NCBI GenBank assembly: GCA_963665235.2
Contig: CAXXLX010000001.1
Span: 2,144,001-2,208,000 of the forward strand
Reading direction: 5' to 3'
Source of the DNA: Candidatus Poribacteria bacterium
GTDB lineage: Bacteria; Poribacteria; WGA-4E; WGA-3G
DNA: 64,000 nucleotides
The notes under the pieces are model-generated. The model was not told the DNA's origin and searched no databases. It worked only from the letters and a program-made list of their open reading frames with translations. The first letter of the stretch is position 1. Every line of letters begins with the position of its first letter. A program made the translations under genes and the position numbers. Of this stretch, positions 51,616 to 63,017 are shown piece by piece.

Positions 51616-52598
51616 CGGTTTATTTCATGTTTTCGTTCTGTGAGTGTACCATCCAAAATGTACCAGAGCTCCCGCTTTTTTTGTTTCGCTAACCATTTCT
51701 CAAGTTCGATTTTCGCTTTGTCTTGGCGAATACGTTCCATGATTGAGTCCTTGACTTCCGAAAACTGTTTTTGGCGTGCCGGGATTTTCCTGATAAGTTC
51801 AACAATTTGGTAGCCTTCAGGAAAAAAGAGCGGTCCCTTTCGTTCAGTGGGTTGCAATTGTGCGACGATGGTGCCTAAGGGCGTATCTGTTGCCAAGGTT
51901 AAAAGATTAAAACGAACGTCTTGTTGGCCTTCATAAGCTTGCTTAATCGTCTCAAATGTTTCGCCCTGCTGTAGACGTGAATTGAGCTGTTGTGCAAGTC
52001 GTTTGGCGGCCTGCTTCTTTTGTTCTGAAGCGTTCGAGGGTACGCTTATGAGTAGGGACCGGAACATGACTGAGGGAGGCGCGATAAACGTTGTTTTATA
52101 CGTTTGAAAGTATTTGATGGCTAGCTCCTCAATGTCCTCGGCGTTGATGGTGTTGACAAATTTGCGGCGGAAGAAGAGCGTATAAATTAGCTGATTACGG
52201 ACCCACGTCTCTAACGTTTCAATTTCCAACGTGTGCTTCAGTAAAACCCGCTGAAACTCGGTATCGGTGGCGTATTTTGCGCGAATTTCCGCTATCCGTT
52301 CTGCCACCTGTTTTTTCTGTTCCGTTACCCTAATCCCAATTCGTTCTGCCTCTTGCAGGACGAATTTGTGTGCGATGATGTCATTTAAACGTTCCATTTT
52401 TTGGTCGACAGTCGGTTTCTGTATATAGGGTTCGCCCAGGATAGCCTCGATGTGAAATTCGTTCTCGAGCTCGCTCTGTGTGATTGCCTGTCCGTTGACA
52501 ACAGCAGTGACAGAATCGATGAGTGTTTGCGGATAAGTATTCCCGACGAACAAAAAAAGTAGAAAGGCGATGTAGTATTTGATATTGGAAAATTGCAT
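51612..52598 (-). CDS. SurA/PpiC-type periplasmic chaperone
   Basis: IDSVTAVVNGQAITQSEL SurA N-terminus; degenerate parvulin domain. Confidence 0.78.
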   Translation of the reverse strand: MQFSNIKYYIAFLLFLFVGNTYPQTLIDSVTAVVNGQAITQSELENEFHIEAILGEPYIQKPTVDQKMERLNDIIAHKFVLQEAERIGIRVTEQKKQVAERIAEIRAKYATDTEFQRVLLKHTLEIETLETWVRNQLIYTLFFRRKFVNTINAEDIEELAIKYFQTYKTTFIAPPSVMFRSLLISVPSNASEQKKQAAKRLAQQLNSRLQQGETFETIKQAYEGQQDVRFNLLTLATDTPLGTIVAQLQPTERKGPLFFPEGYQIVELIRKIPARQKQFSEVKDSIMERIRQDKAKIELEKWLAKQKKRELWYILDGTLTERKHEINR

Positions 52599-52929
52599 TT
52601 TGAAAACAGTCTACCTGGTTCGTTTGTTTAACGATAACGTCCATTTTTCATCTCATTCAAGATTTGTGGTATTATAGCGTAAGTCGGTTTTTAATTCAAC
52701 ATATTTTTGGCAGGGTGTGTAGATATTTTGTACTTATGTGTTAATCTACCGTGTACCTCGCCACCGTTTGTAAAATGACGGAGTGCTATTTTGGGTTGAA
52801 ACTTAGACGGGGCCTATAACGGGGGCGGACACACGAAAAACGGATTCGTCATTCTGACTTTCCACGCCTCCATTCCTCTATCTCTCCTTTGCTCCTCCAA
52901 AAATTTTACAGACCCTTTTTGGTATCTAG

Positions 52930-52958
52930 TTGACAGCTTTTGTAAATGCATCTATAAT
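52930..52958 (+). promoter_or_regulatory. Sigma70-type promoter
   Basis: Consensus TTGACA-17nt-TATAAT. Confidence 0.75.
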
Positions 52959-52998
52959 AACAGTATTAAGCCAAATTACAACGAGGGAATAAAAAAAG

Positions 52999-54447
52999 AT
53001 GCATGAAAATCGACCCAATATACTCTGGATTTGTAGCGACCAACAACGATTTGATACACTCGGCTGTTATGGAAACACCTTTGTGCAAACGCCGAATTTG
53101 GATAGACTTGCGCAGGATGGGGTACTTTTTGAATATGCTTACGCGCAGAGCCCGGTTTGTACCCCTAGCAGGGCAAGCTTCCTCACTGGACGATACCCTC
53201 GTACGACACGATGCAGACAAAATGGACAAGCTATTCCATCCGATGAAGTGCTTGTAACCAAACTTCTTCAGGATGCAGGCTACGTGTGCGGGTTAGCTGG
53301 CAAACTTCATCTTGCACCATGCAACCCTCGCGTCTGCAAAGGCGTAGAACGGCGAATTGACGACGGTTATGCGCAGTTCTTCTGGTCGCACGACCCGGCC
53401 GATGCATGGTTTCCACACGATTATAGACAATGGCTTACGGATAAAGGGCTCCGCCGAGAAAGCACGCCGTTCGCTGATTCAAAATATGTCCGAGTTATTC
53501 CATCGGAAGCGCATAGTCAAACGACATGGAGCATTGAACGCGCGATGTCGTTCATTAAGAGTGCGGAACGGTTTAAACAGCCGTGGCTCTTTTCAGTGAA
53601 TATGTTCGACCCGCACCACGCCTTCGACCCACCGGTCGCTGCGCTAGAACGTTACCGCGATATGTTGGCTGATATCCCTTTACCGAACTATGTGGAAGGT
53701 GAACTTGAAAATAAACCGATTTGGCAACAGATTGACCACGGAGGAGCTTACGGCGGAAAGTCGGGATACCCTTACCGAGAGATGAGCGAGACAGACCATC
53801 GCTGGGTACGTGCGGCATATTGGGCGATGATTGATGTTATAGACGCACAAGTTGGAAGGTTGTTAGACTGCTTGGAGGTGACCGGACAGCGAGATAGGAC
53901 GATTGTTATTTTTACCTCTGACCACGGAGAAATGCTCGGCGACCACGGCATCTACCTGAAGGGCCCCTATTTCTATGAACCGGCTATCCGCGTTCCCCTT
54001 ATCGTCTCCGGCCCGGGTATACTGAACAACAGCGCACGTTCGGATGCCCTCGTGGAATTGGTAGACCTGGCCCCGACACTGCTTGAAACGTGTAACTTAG
54101 ACCGTTACGCTGGCATGCAGGGACAAAGTCTGCTGCCACTGCTGACAGGCAAAACGGAGCTCGGAACACATCGCGATGATGTCTACTGTGAGTATTACAA
54201 TGCTATGGGATGGCACAGAGAGCCGCGCGCGAATGCAACGATGGTCCGGGATAAACGTTATAAGCTGGTCGTTGCGCATGGGACTGATAGTGGGGAGCTC
54301 TACGATTTGGAGGATGAGCCCGGAGAAACGCATAATCTCTGGGCGCATCCAGATGTCAGGGATATTAAACTAGCAATGCAGGAACGGCTTATTCATCGGA
54401 TGGCGTGGACGGTCGATCCACTTCCGGAACGTCAAGCCCCCTGGTAG
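52999..54447 (+). CDS. Sulfatase
   Basis: PNILWICSDQQR, CTPSR, GKLH, SDHG. Confidence 0.93.
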   Translation: MHENRPNILWICSDQQRFDTLGCYGNTFVQTPNLDRLAQDGVLFEYAYAQSPVCTPSRASFLTGRYPRTTRCRQNGQAIPSDEVLVTKLLQDAGYVCGLAGKLHLAPCNPRVCKGVERRIDDGYAQFFWSHDPADAWFPHDYRQWLTDKGLRRESTPFADSKYVRVIPSEAHSQTTWSIERAMSFIKSAERFKQPWLFSVNMFDPHHAFDPPVAALERYRDMLADIPLPNYVEGELENKPIWQQIDHGGAYGGKSGYPYREMSETDHRWVRAAYWAMIDVIDAQVGRLLDCLEVTGQRDRTIVIFTSDHGEMLGDHGIYLKGPYFYEPAIRVPLIVSGPGILNNSARSDALVELVDLAPTLLETCNLDRYAGMQGQSLLPLLTGKTELGTHRDDVYCEYYNAMGWHREPRANATMVRDKRYKLVVAHGTDSGELYDLEDEPGETHNLWAHPDVRDIKLAMQERLIHRMAWTVDPLPERQAPW

Positions 54448-54465
54448 TTTCAGTGTGTAAAAACG

Positions 54466-54678
54466 TTATGATACATCCGCGAGATAGTCGTGTTGTTCTA
54501 GCAACTCCTTGTTAGTGTGAAGACTTGCCTCGTGGAACTGATAGTTGTTTCTGTTGAGTTTATAATAACATTTTAGATGTCCGGTGTCAACTGCTTTTTT
54601 CAACGTTGCGGTAGAGATGCCGAGCAGCATTGCGGCTTCGGCAAGGTTGTATTCAACAGTTGAATGACGTATTCGCAT
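54466..54678 (-). CDS. Small excisionase/MerR-like HTH protein
   Basis: YNLAEAAMLLGISTATLKKAVDTG; AAGGAG RBS. Confidence 0.7.
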   Translation of the reverse strand: MRIRHSTVEYNLAEAAMLLGISTATLKKAVDTGHLKCYYKLNRNNYQFHEASLHTNKELLEQHDYLADVS

Positions 54679-54728
54679 TTTATCTCCTTTAGGAATATAA
54701 CGCAAAAGCGGGGCGGAGGTTTCAAAAA

Positions 54729-55355
54729 TTGGGATATCTTCAAACAGTATCGCGATTCGTAGCAGTACGGTTAAGACAGGTATGGTTAATTTACGCGCTG
54801 ATTCTGTGCTGGTTTGCAGCTGCTGGTCTAGAGGTGAATGCCGAAAATTTCTTGGTACGCTGGGATAGAGAGCTCTTCAACCGCATCTACGATGCCCCAC
54901 CGCACCGCGAACCGATGTGGACAATCATGGAGGGGGTTACAGAGTTCGGGCATTACCGCGCGGTGATGGGAGTCTCAATTCTACTCATGGCGTACGGCTC
55001 TGAACCGCATCAGGAGACAGGCAAGCTTTTGTCTTCCGCTTTCCTTGGAACGGGGATTATTACGTTTGGGATGAAGGAGCTAGTTGGTAGACGACGTCCG
55101 CTTGATGAGACATTAGGCAGTCCCTCTTTTCCATCAGGACATACGTCTCTTGCGTTCAGTTCTGCGACAATTTTAGGGTATCGGTATCCGAGGTGGCGTG
55201 TGCCGTTGTATATTGGGGCGGGTTTGGTTGGGTTTTCGCGTATCTATTTGGGACGGCATTACCTCTCGGATGTAGTAGTTGGCGCGGCGTTAGGCACTGC
55301 AATGGGGATGCTTGTCTGGCATAAACGGGCCCCGTTGTTACGGTGGGAGTTTTGA
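54729..55355 (+). CDS. PAP2 family phosphatase
   Basis: K..VGR.RP, SFPSGH, SRIYLGRHYLSDV. Confidence 0.92.
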   Translation: MGYLQTVSRFVAVRLRQVWLIYALILCWFAAAGLEVNAENFLVRWDRELFNRIYDAPPHREPMWTIMEGVTEFGHYRAVMGVSILLMAYGSEPHQETGKLLSSAFLGTGIITFGMKELVGRRRPLDETLGSPSFPSGHTSLAFSSATILGYRYPRWRVPLYIGAGLVGFSRIYLGRHYLSDVVVGAALGTAMGMLVWHKRAPLLRWEF

Positions 55356-55413
55356 GAACAACGGGGCGGCTTGTACGTTAAATTGATATTTACCGAGGCC
55401 GGTAAGACTTCTC

Positions 55414-56871
55414 TTAACGGCCTGCGGATGGCGGTGGGGGCCAATGAATTCCACGTTGGCCTGATAACGCGCGGTTCGGGGATGGCCGAGGTTCGCGGTC
55501 CGGTAGACCGACAAGTTCGCCATCTATCACCCATTTTTTATCGCCGCCATAGAGTTCGCCAATCAGGAGCTCTGTTAATTTTGATAGGATTTCAGCGTGC
55601 TCAGGCGAATCGGATAGGTCCCTTAACTCCTTCGGGTCGGTTTCCAAATCGAAGAGCTGTCGGCAGTTTCCGGTGGCGTAGTAGATAAGTTTGTAACGTC
55701 CTTCATGAATCATTCGGGTGGCACTTCCGCCTTCGCCGACTTCTCCGTATAACCATTCCCGTTTTTTGTCGCCTACTATCGGTATACCTTCTACGGTATC
55801 CGGAATTTCAATGCCGGCGAGATGGAGTAGCGTAGGCATAACATCTTGCCATCCGACGAGTCTGTCATCCACCCTATGGTGTCCGACCTGTTTGTCACCT
55901 GCGGTGCCGACAAGGAGCATGGGGACGTTTGCAGAGTCTTCATAATAGAGACGTTTCGCCCAAAGTTTGTGGTTGCCGAGCATATCCCCGTGGTCGGCCG
56001 TAAACAGTATGATAGTGTTGTTTAGCAGTCCCTCTTCGCGGAGTGTCCCGATAACGACGCGCAATTGATGGTCGATGTGGGTGCAGAGCGCATAAAAGGC
56101 TTGGCGTGCGGAACGGATGAGATGTTCCGTGTAACGTGCATCCTGCCTCTGGCGTGATTTTAGCGGTGAAGGCAACTTTTCCGTTTCTGTTGCCCATTCC
56201 CCGAAATACGGCATGTCCACATCAATATGTCGGTACATGTCCATGTAGCATTGAAGTGGTGCCAGCGGTGGATGCGGGTGGCAATAGGAGAGGTACCAGA
56301 ATCCGGGTCGGGTTGGGTCGCGGCGTTTAATCATTCGCGCCATCTGTTGGGTGCTCCAGTTTGTGACGTGGCACTCCTCCGGAAGGTGCCAGGGGCGGTT
56401 GAGATAATCGTTGTTGCACATGCCGTGTGCGAACTGTTGCCCTGCGTAACCTCTGTCCCCGAGGAAGAGTTCATAGTCGTCAATTACGCCGTATTGCAAT
56501 CTTCCCTCTTCCCCTAATAGTACATCGTCGAATCCGATTCGGTCTCGCTGAGGATAGACGTGCAGCTTGCCGACAGCGTAAGCCTGATAGCCTGCATCTC
56601 GAAAAGTTTGTGCGATTGTGGGCAGCCCATTTAAGCCCATCTTATCGTTAAAAACCCTATCTTTGTGGGTACGTGTTGTTGTGCCGGTCATCAAGGTTTT
56701 TCGTGCTGGTACGCAGACTGGGCATTCGCTGTATCCACGTGTAAAACGGGTGCCAGCGCGCGCAAGCGTGTCAAGTGTAGGGGTTTGGATAACAGGATGT
56801 CCGTTCACCCCCAAAAGCGAGTTGGGCCAATGATCGGTGGTTATAAGTAGGACATTGGGTTTGTCTGCCAT
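55414..56871 (-). CDS. Sulfatase
   Basis: PNVLLITTDH, CVPAR, GKLH, ADHG; start MADKPN. Confidence 0.92.
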   Translation of the reverse strand: MADKPNVLLITTDHWPNSLLGVNGHPVIQTPTLDTLARAGTRFTRGYSECPVCVPARKTLMTGTTTRTHKDRVFNDKMGLNGLPTIAQTFRDAGYQAYAVGKLHVYPQRDRIGFDDVLLGEEGRLQYGVIDDYELFLGDRGYAGQQFAHGMCNNDYLNRPWHLPEECHVTNWSTQQMARMIKRRDPTRPGFWYLSYCHPHPPLAPLQCYMDMYRHIDVDMPYFGEWATETEKLPSPLKSRQRQDARYTEHLIRSARQAFYALCTHIDHQLRVVIGTLREEGLLNNTIILFTADHGDMLGNHKLWAKRLYYEDSANVPMLLVGTAGDKQVGHHRVDDRLVGWQDVMPTLLHLAGIEIPDTVEGIPIVGDKKREWLYGEVGEGGSATRMIHEGRYKLIYYATGNCRQLFDLETDPKELRDLSDSPEHAEILSKLTELLIGELYGGDKKWVIDGELVGLPDREPRPSPNRALSGQRGIHWPPPPSAGR

Positions 56872-57011
56872 AGTAGTGTTTTCCTTCCTATCACAGCGAT
56901 ATTTTTTTATTATCTTATCAAATGCTGTGACAATTCGCAAGGAAAAAAGAATATATAAGTATTTTGATAAAAATATGTGTCTTTATCTATTGTACGGTAG
57001 GTTTTACTCCA

Positions 57012-59452
57012 TTATTCTGTCGCGAGGTACTTTGGGTGGGGTCTGATATTCTCTGGATAGTTGATTTTCCAAATCTGGATATTTGGATGTGTACCTTCTT
57101 CATAAGTTGGGACAGTGTGAACGTTTTTAAATGCATTGGAGTGTTCTCCACGCATAAAGAGTTTTACAGCAAGACTGTTCCATCCAATCTTAGGAATGTA
57201 AAGGCTGCTACGGAGAACCTTGTCCTTATCAAAGAGGAAAACCAGACCACCTTTATCTGTATCTATTGGTTGGACAGGTAAGATTCGCTTGTCTCCGTGA
57301 AAAGCGATGTATGGAAGTTGGACAGGTTCTTCTTTTTCAAACCTTGCAGTGATAGAAAGGTTTTCAAGATCTGTGCCAATAACATCAATTTTGTTTAAAG
57401 TAGTCCTATGTGTAAAAGGTGGTGTTTGCTTTATTTTGGGTTCAAGTGTGTATTGTGTTCCTGGGGCAGTCGGTTGTGGGAGTAAGTAATGGAGTGAAAA
57501 GTGTCTGTCAAGGTGTGCGTCGCTGCCGACAAAGGAGTTTTCTCTGGCGTTGGGGACAAGTTCTACACTAGTTATCATGAGATGTGTGGCTTTGTGTGTT
57601 TTGAGAAAATGTAATGCTTCTACCTCGGATTTTGCACAAAACACATGTCGGAAATATAGATGGATCCAGTGGGGCAGGTAGTGATCTGAGTCTGTGATGG
57701 TTTTTACGTGTGCATGGACGTTGAGTTTAATACCGTATGTCCAATGTGCGGCCATGACAGTTGTATCGTGTGGTAGTTTGCTTTTTATCCATGTGTATAC
57801 CTGTAACAATTTACCGGATCCGGGTATTGCGTCTCGTTTTGCGGCAGCTTGGAGTGTCCCCGTTGCATAACCGCCAGCGGGTCCCCAAAACAGAAGTAGT
57901 GATAGGATAATGGCAGTAAACCCGACAGTAATGTGTTTAGGATGGAGAGTGCACCTCAGAAATTGAATAGGTATCTGTTTAACGTTTCGAAACGTGGTGA
58001 TATGCTTGAGGAGTACAGCGGTGCCAATTGCGAATGGTAGTCCGAGAAAAAAACATATCTTATGCCAGTACGTGTGAAGCCTCCCCAAAGAAAGCACCAA
58101 ACGAGAAGCATCATCAAATCCAATTCATATTGTTGCTGTTGCTGTTTTCGTGTCGATGCGATTCCGAATCCGATGACAGTAAGGGCAAACGCGAGAATAA
58201 AAAGACGGTAGCCTCCGGGTGAACCTATCCAGTTGTTTAGAGGGTCCAGGAGAAAAGTCGTTGTGCAGAATAGGACGAGTCCAATAACAAAAGGAAACCC
58301 GTTCCATCTCCAATAGTATGCTGCGGTAGCGATAAGTCCAATACTGCCTAAAATGAACATACTACCGTATCTGTCTACCCAATCTATAAGACCAGGCTCG
58401 CTGAGTTCAGCTACCGTTTTCATCAGACGATTTTCCATGAAAGGGAAGGCGGTTGTGGCGAAAGTATTATATTGAAAAAATACATAGATACCTCCCGCTG
58501 CTATGCCGAACAAGGTGAATCCCCAGGCGAGTTGACGTGCATAGGGCCGGAGTTGTTTAACAAAACGGAGGAGCAGATATCTTATGCTTTTGAGCACAAG
58601 GAGCGCGAGAGATGGCGCGAGCATTAGTGGTCCAACGTATGTTGAAAAACCGTATCCGCTGTGGTACGCTGGACTAATCAGATATAGCCACGGAACAAAC
58701 ATGATCATCCAGAGAACGTATTCCTTTAGGTTATCTTCAGTGTCGGAGGTGCAGAATTTCCATATCTCCGCACTAAGTATAATAAGAACGAATACCCCAA
58801 ATGCTTCCCAACTCAGTCCACCGAGGAAAACGATGAAACCACAAAAGGCTGTCGTAAGCGTTCTGCGTCTTCCGGTTTGCATCCGTTCTTTGTGCAGATA
58901 TACGATGGTTACAAATATTGCTAACATCCAACACCAGGCGTCTCTGTCACTAAAACCAGCAGTACTTCGTACGATCGTTCCAGGGAAGGTTGCCAATAGC
59001 ACACCGACCACTGTAGCAAATAGGAGGCCATAGTATTTAATGAGAAAGAGCAGTAACACAGCGAGACCGAGTATAAAACAGACGACGGGCGCGTACAGCT
59101 GGACATGATAAAGCGTCACTTTGTGGAAGAAAAGTGTTATCCCTTTGTGTGTATAAGCAAGAGTGTAAGCATAGAGGGAGAGGAACTGCCGGTTATCTCT
59201 GCCGTTTGGCAGCCATCGTTGCATGTCGCGCTCGGGAAGATGTCCTTGCTTACTGATGGTTTGTGCCTGTGAGTAAAAGACATACGCATCGTTTGAAGAG
59301 AACTGTCCTTCGGGAATACCTTCTACCCCTTGAATGCGTATCCAGAATGTGAGAGATAGGATACTAAGTAAAATCGCAATAGTGCCAAATCGTCGTAAAA
59401 CCGTGGGATTGCTGTTTAGTTTCTCCATAGATGTTGCATAAAAATACGGCAT
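57012..59452 (-). pseudogene. STT3/AglB-like oligosaccharyltransferase split by a frameshift at a T7 tract (58047-58053)
   Basis: SNDAY, P.GRD, RSTAGFSDRD, TVAEL, about 13 TMs; C-half MAAHWTYG (WWDxG-like); adding one T gives RYVFFLGLPF read-through. Confidence 0.78.
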
Positions 59453-59492
59453 GTCGCTTTTTTACGTATCTCCATAAAAACGTTTTCACTGT

Positions 59493-60194
59493 TTAACGGC
59501 TTTGGTGCTGCTGTAGATATTCTGTCAACCGTTTTCGTTCTGTGCGTATCTTGGCAGCTTTTTCTTCAAGGTGTTTTCGCCATTCGCTTGCGGCATTTGG
59601 CTGCTTTGTTGTAGCAATGGTTGTGCGGGATGTTTCGTTTTTCGGTAATGCTGCTTTTGAGATGCGGGATGTACTGTCTCGTCGCGGCGGCATGCTTCGA
59701 TTACCGCGAGAATTAAGAAACTGATTATTGCTTATAGCGAGCGTTAACGATTCACCGTTTTGTGTGAGCGTAACCCGCTTGGGCGTAATAGTTTTGACCG
59801 TCATTGTGCCAACTTGCTGTCCAACAGAAACGGCATAAAAACGGTTTGATTTTCGTTCTTGAATATATGCTGTGGCACTGCTACCGTCTGTTGCTATGGC
59901 AGTACCGAGTAATGTATATGCAGATTCATGCAGGGGCGGCTCCCAATTCAGCGGTCTGAAGATATTGTTATCAATTATGGTTTGGTAGAACGCTTCAGGA
60001 TCAACTTGCTGCATGTCGGTCTCCTTTGGGAGGTGCGACCGTTTTGCGTCCCGATTCACAAGTGCCGCCTCAGTGGGCACGATCGGAGGGAAGGCAGATG
60101 TATCAGGACTGTGTGCAGGCCCCCGAAATAGACGTAACCCGCCAAACACACACAAGATGGAAATGATAACGATATATATTAGAATATATCTCAT
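59493..60194 (-). CDS. Membrane-anchored GspC/PilP-like protein
   Basis: N-terminal TM; NNIFRP; YTLLGTAI...AYI...VGQQVG...ITPKRVTL; ATGA-coupled to upstream gene. Confidence 0.6.
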   Translation of the reverse strand: MRYILIYIVIISILCVFGGLRLFRGPAHSPDTSAFPPIVPTEAALVNRDAKRSHLPKETDMQQVDPEAFYQTIIDNNIFRPLNWEPPLHESAYTLLGTAIATDGSSATAYIQERKSNRFYAVSVGQQVGTMTVKTITPKRVTLTQNGESLTLAISNNQFLNSRGNRSMPPRRDSTSRISKAALPKNETSRTTIATTKQPNAASEWRKHLEEKAAKIRTERKRLTEYLQQHQSR

Positions 60195-61597
60195 TGCTCT
60201 GATGGTGTTGTAGGAGGTGTCGGACGTGCTGGGGGCAAGGATTGTTCCCGCGGACGACGGGGTGGCTGCGGTAACCTTTCCCTGCCATGTTTTCGGATCG
60301 CTTCCAATTCTTTGATTACCTCTTGCAATGCCTTGAGGTCTTTCGGTAAATCCCCGCCGTGTAAAAGTATCAGTTCTGCAAACCACTTTTCTATCTGATC
60401 CGGACCAGGGAGTTCGGGGGGCAACAGCGGCAGCCTGTTTTTCCCTGCTTGTGGTGTTTTTTGCTGCGTTCCCGATGTCTGTGTTGTGTGTGTAGGAGGG
60501 ACCTCCTCAGGCGGATGTAGGTGGTCGCGTTGTGTTTCCTTCACAATGGGTTTTGTTTGCTGCTCGGTTTCGTTTTCGGCTTGATTAAAAAGTGCATCGT
60601 GATCGGCTATTTGCTGCATGACCTGTTGCTCTGCAGCATCAAGTTGTGCCATCGCCCGTTCGTAAAAACGTGGTTTTACATCCGGTGGCAACGGAATGCC
60701 GTTTTTGTCGGTGTAGACAACTTTCATGCCTCTCGGAGCGATGCCGAACATCGTCAACGCATTTTTTTCTGTTTTTGTCAATGTCGGACCAATGAATTGT
60801 GAGACGGGCCCCTCCTCGGAGACATAGACATATACGGTATCGGGCTTAAACGGCAAGAACCCACTGTCTATTGTAAAAACCCCGCCTTCTGAATCGGGAT
60901 TTTGTCTGACATACTCATCGTGAGCAAGCACGGAAAGCACCTGATGCTTAATAAAAGTGTCCTCAAGCTCTTCCCACGTTGCTTCTACAGGGAGGTCATA
61001 TCCAGAGAAAACCCATTCTCTGTCTTCGGGAGATTTCTCTGCTTTTTCGCGGTGTTTTTCTAATCGTTGACGGTTTGATAAAGCCGTACTGTAGTGCCAT
61101 GCTAACTCTAATGGGTGTCCCAAATCCATGTAACGTTGCAACCATTTATCGCGGGGATAAAGCTGATCAGTAATATTCATACCGTTAGACACGTAAGTGT
61201 TAGGAAAATTTTCAGAGGTGAGCGTATGAGATTGCTCCCACATCCCGTGCATTTCGTCTATCGTGTAGGGTTGCCATTTTCGCTTTATTTCCGCAACATC
61301 CAGCTGTGCCCACGCGCGTTGAACCTTATTCCACTTCATATAATCCGCTGCTTTTCTGGTTTGTGAAGATCTATCCGGTTTCGTATCGTTTTGGCGGGTT
61401 GGCGGATCATAGATATGCACATGCGCTATCACCTCGCCCGCAGAAGATACATGGGAGTGCGATTTTGACTCTGGGAGATTTTCAACAATCGCAAGCGGAG
61501 AACGCGGTGATTGATTGATGATAAAGTAAACAGTCATACTCGCGACAACTGTCAATACAAGAATTGCAAGCATAAAGATAATCTGTCGTTTTTTCAT
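60191..61597 (-). CDS. Membrane-anchored hypothetical protein (His motif, YPR..WLQ domain, Pro-rich tail)
   Basis: N-terminal TM; HSH...HVH; shares motif with the 28328-29263 C-terminus. Confidence 0.75.
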   Translation of the reverse strand: MKKRQIIFMLAILVLTVVASMTVYFIINQSPRSPLAIVENLPESKSHSHVSSAGEVIAHVHIYDPPTRQNDTKPDRSSQTRKAADYMKWNKVQRAWAQLDVAEIKRKWQPYTIDEMHGMWEQSHTLTSENFPNTYVSNGMNITDQLYPRDKWLQRYMDLGHPLELAWHYSTALSNRQRLEKHREKAEKSPEDREWVFSGYDLPVEATWEELEDTFIKHQVLSVLAHDEYVRQNPDSEGGVFTIDSGFLPFKPDTVYVYVSEEGPVSQFIGPTLTKTEKNALTMFGIAPRGMKVVYTDKNGIPLPPDVKPRFYERAMAQLDAAEQQVMQQIADHDALFNQAENETEQQTKPIVKETQRDHLHPPEEVPPTHTTQTSGTQQKTPQAGKNRLPLLPPELPGPDQIEKWFAELILLHGGDLPKDLKALQEVIKELEAIRKHGRERLPQPPRRPREQSLPPARPTPPTTPSEQ

Positions 61598-61634
61598 TAG
61601 TTTTACTCCCTTTCAATAACAGCAGGTTATGCCT

Positions 61635-61671
61635 AAGGAGAGAAGGGAACCCCGTTGCCCCTTCTCTCCTT
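61635..61671. terminator. Strong hairpin upstream of the 61597 start (terminator or RNA-stability element)
   Basis: AAGGAGAGAAGGG...CCCTTCTCTCCTT, 13-bp perfect stem. Confidence 0.6.
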
Positions 61672-61739
61672 TAGCCTTCGATTTGGTGTCATAAATTAGA
61701 CATGACTGATATTTCTCAAAAGTTATGTTAAAGTAGTCT

Positions 61740-62901
61740 TCATATAGGTTCTTTAGGTTTGATGTTGTGAAAATGCGCGATGATTTGCTCGAGGGTGTGT
61801 CTTTCTCCCGTCAGTTGAAGTTGTATTTGATGAAATGTGCGTCTTTCCGCTATGCTGATTTGTAGCAACAAATGGTAGCTTATCACTTTTACACCGAGGG
61901 TGGTATAGGCCCCGTGTGTGCTTCGGAGGCGCATGGCGGAAACTCGCAGGTCTGTTTTCAAATACCGCCAAAATTGCTCAATACCATGATGTTGTTTCCA
62001 GATCCGCAGTGCCTCACAGGCACGCAGCGGTTTTCCAAAGCATAAAAGTGTTTGTATCTTGCCGCTATCCTGAAAAAAGATGACGACACATTGGTTTTCC
62101 AAAAGTGGGACTTTCTGCTTTTACCCGACAGACAGGTTTATCACACGCCCATTGATTTTCAAGCAGTTCTATGTTCTGTTTATGCACCGAAAGTTTGGCA
62201 GTTGTATCGCCAATGTGCATGACATAATTGCTCTTTCCGTGTATCAGTATAGAACAAAACCCTAACTCCGATAAGGTTTGAACCATGTTGCGGCTGCCAT
62301 ACCACGAATCAAAGGTAATCGGATACTTTCGCAGGTCTATCCCTTCCGCATCCAGGCACGATAGCACCTCTTTGAGCATCGCTATAACCAGAGAGGGTTT
62401 ATCTGTGTTGCCACGCCCACGCTTACTCACTAAACATAGGTGCAGCGGATACACACGCTCCCCAACTTTCAGCGTGATACCTAACACGTTCTGGCACCGG
62501 ATAGACCCATTGTGTTTTTTAGACCACCACCGACCACAGTAGGATACCTGCTCCCCATCGCAGGGAACATTGGTATCATCCACACTTACCGTAATGCGCC
62601 GCCGAGATTGGGTCGAGGCACTCTGCCCTTCAACCGATCTAATCGCAGCTGCACCTATCACACACCCGATACGCAGACACAAACGCCGCGCATAATAAAG
62701 GCTCAGGGCACCAAGACTGCGATAAAGACTGCCTTTCACCACACCCAACGCATCCCCTATCTGATTCGGGTTGTAAAGACCATAAAGGTGGCAGACGCAC
62801 ACAGACAATAGCGTTCTTACTATAAACTCAGACATACGCTGAAAGTAAGTAGAAAAAAGTTCTTGAAAATGTTCTGTAGATTTGATAAGCTTCTCTTGCA
62901 T
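61740..62901 (-). mobile_element. DDE transposase (IS4/IS701-like), frameshifted near 62095
   Basis: VDDT, FDSWYG, W...H.IEQFWR..K..L; weak inverted repeats near 61708-61725 and 62971-62989. Confidence 0.8.
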
Positions 62902-63017
62902 GAGATGTTCTCCTATTCAGAGTTATTTTCTAAGATATTAGGATACCATCTCATGCAATAAAAAGATAGAAACTTTTTCAAAAATATCGCATTTTCAGTT
63001 GGCTATACCTGCGGACT

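Noticed and set aside
52740-52900. Riboswitch or ncRNA between surA-like and sulfatase genes
   Set aside because: Only short imperfect stems (AATGACGGA/TTCGTCATT); no recognisable family motif
54466-54678. Prophage or ICE marked by an excisionase-like gene
   Set aside because: No integrase, att site or phage genes adjacent
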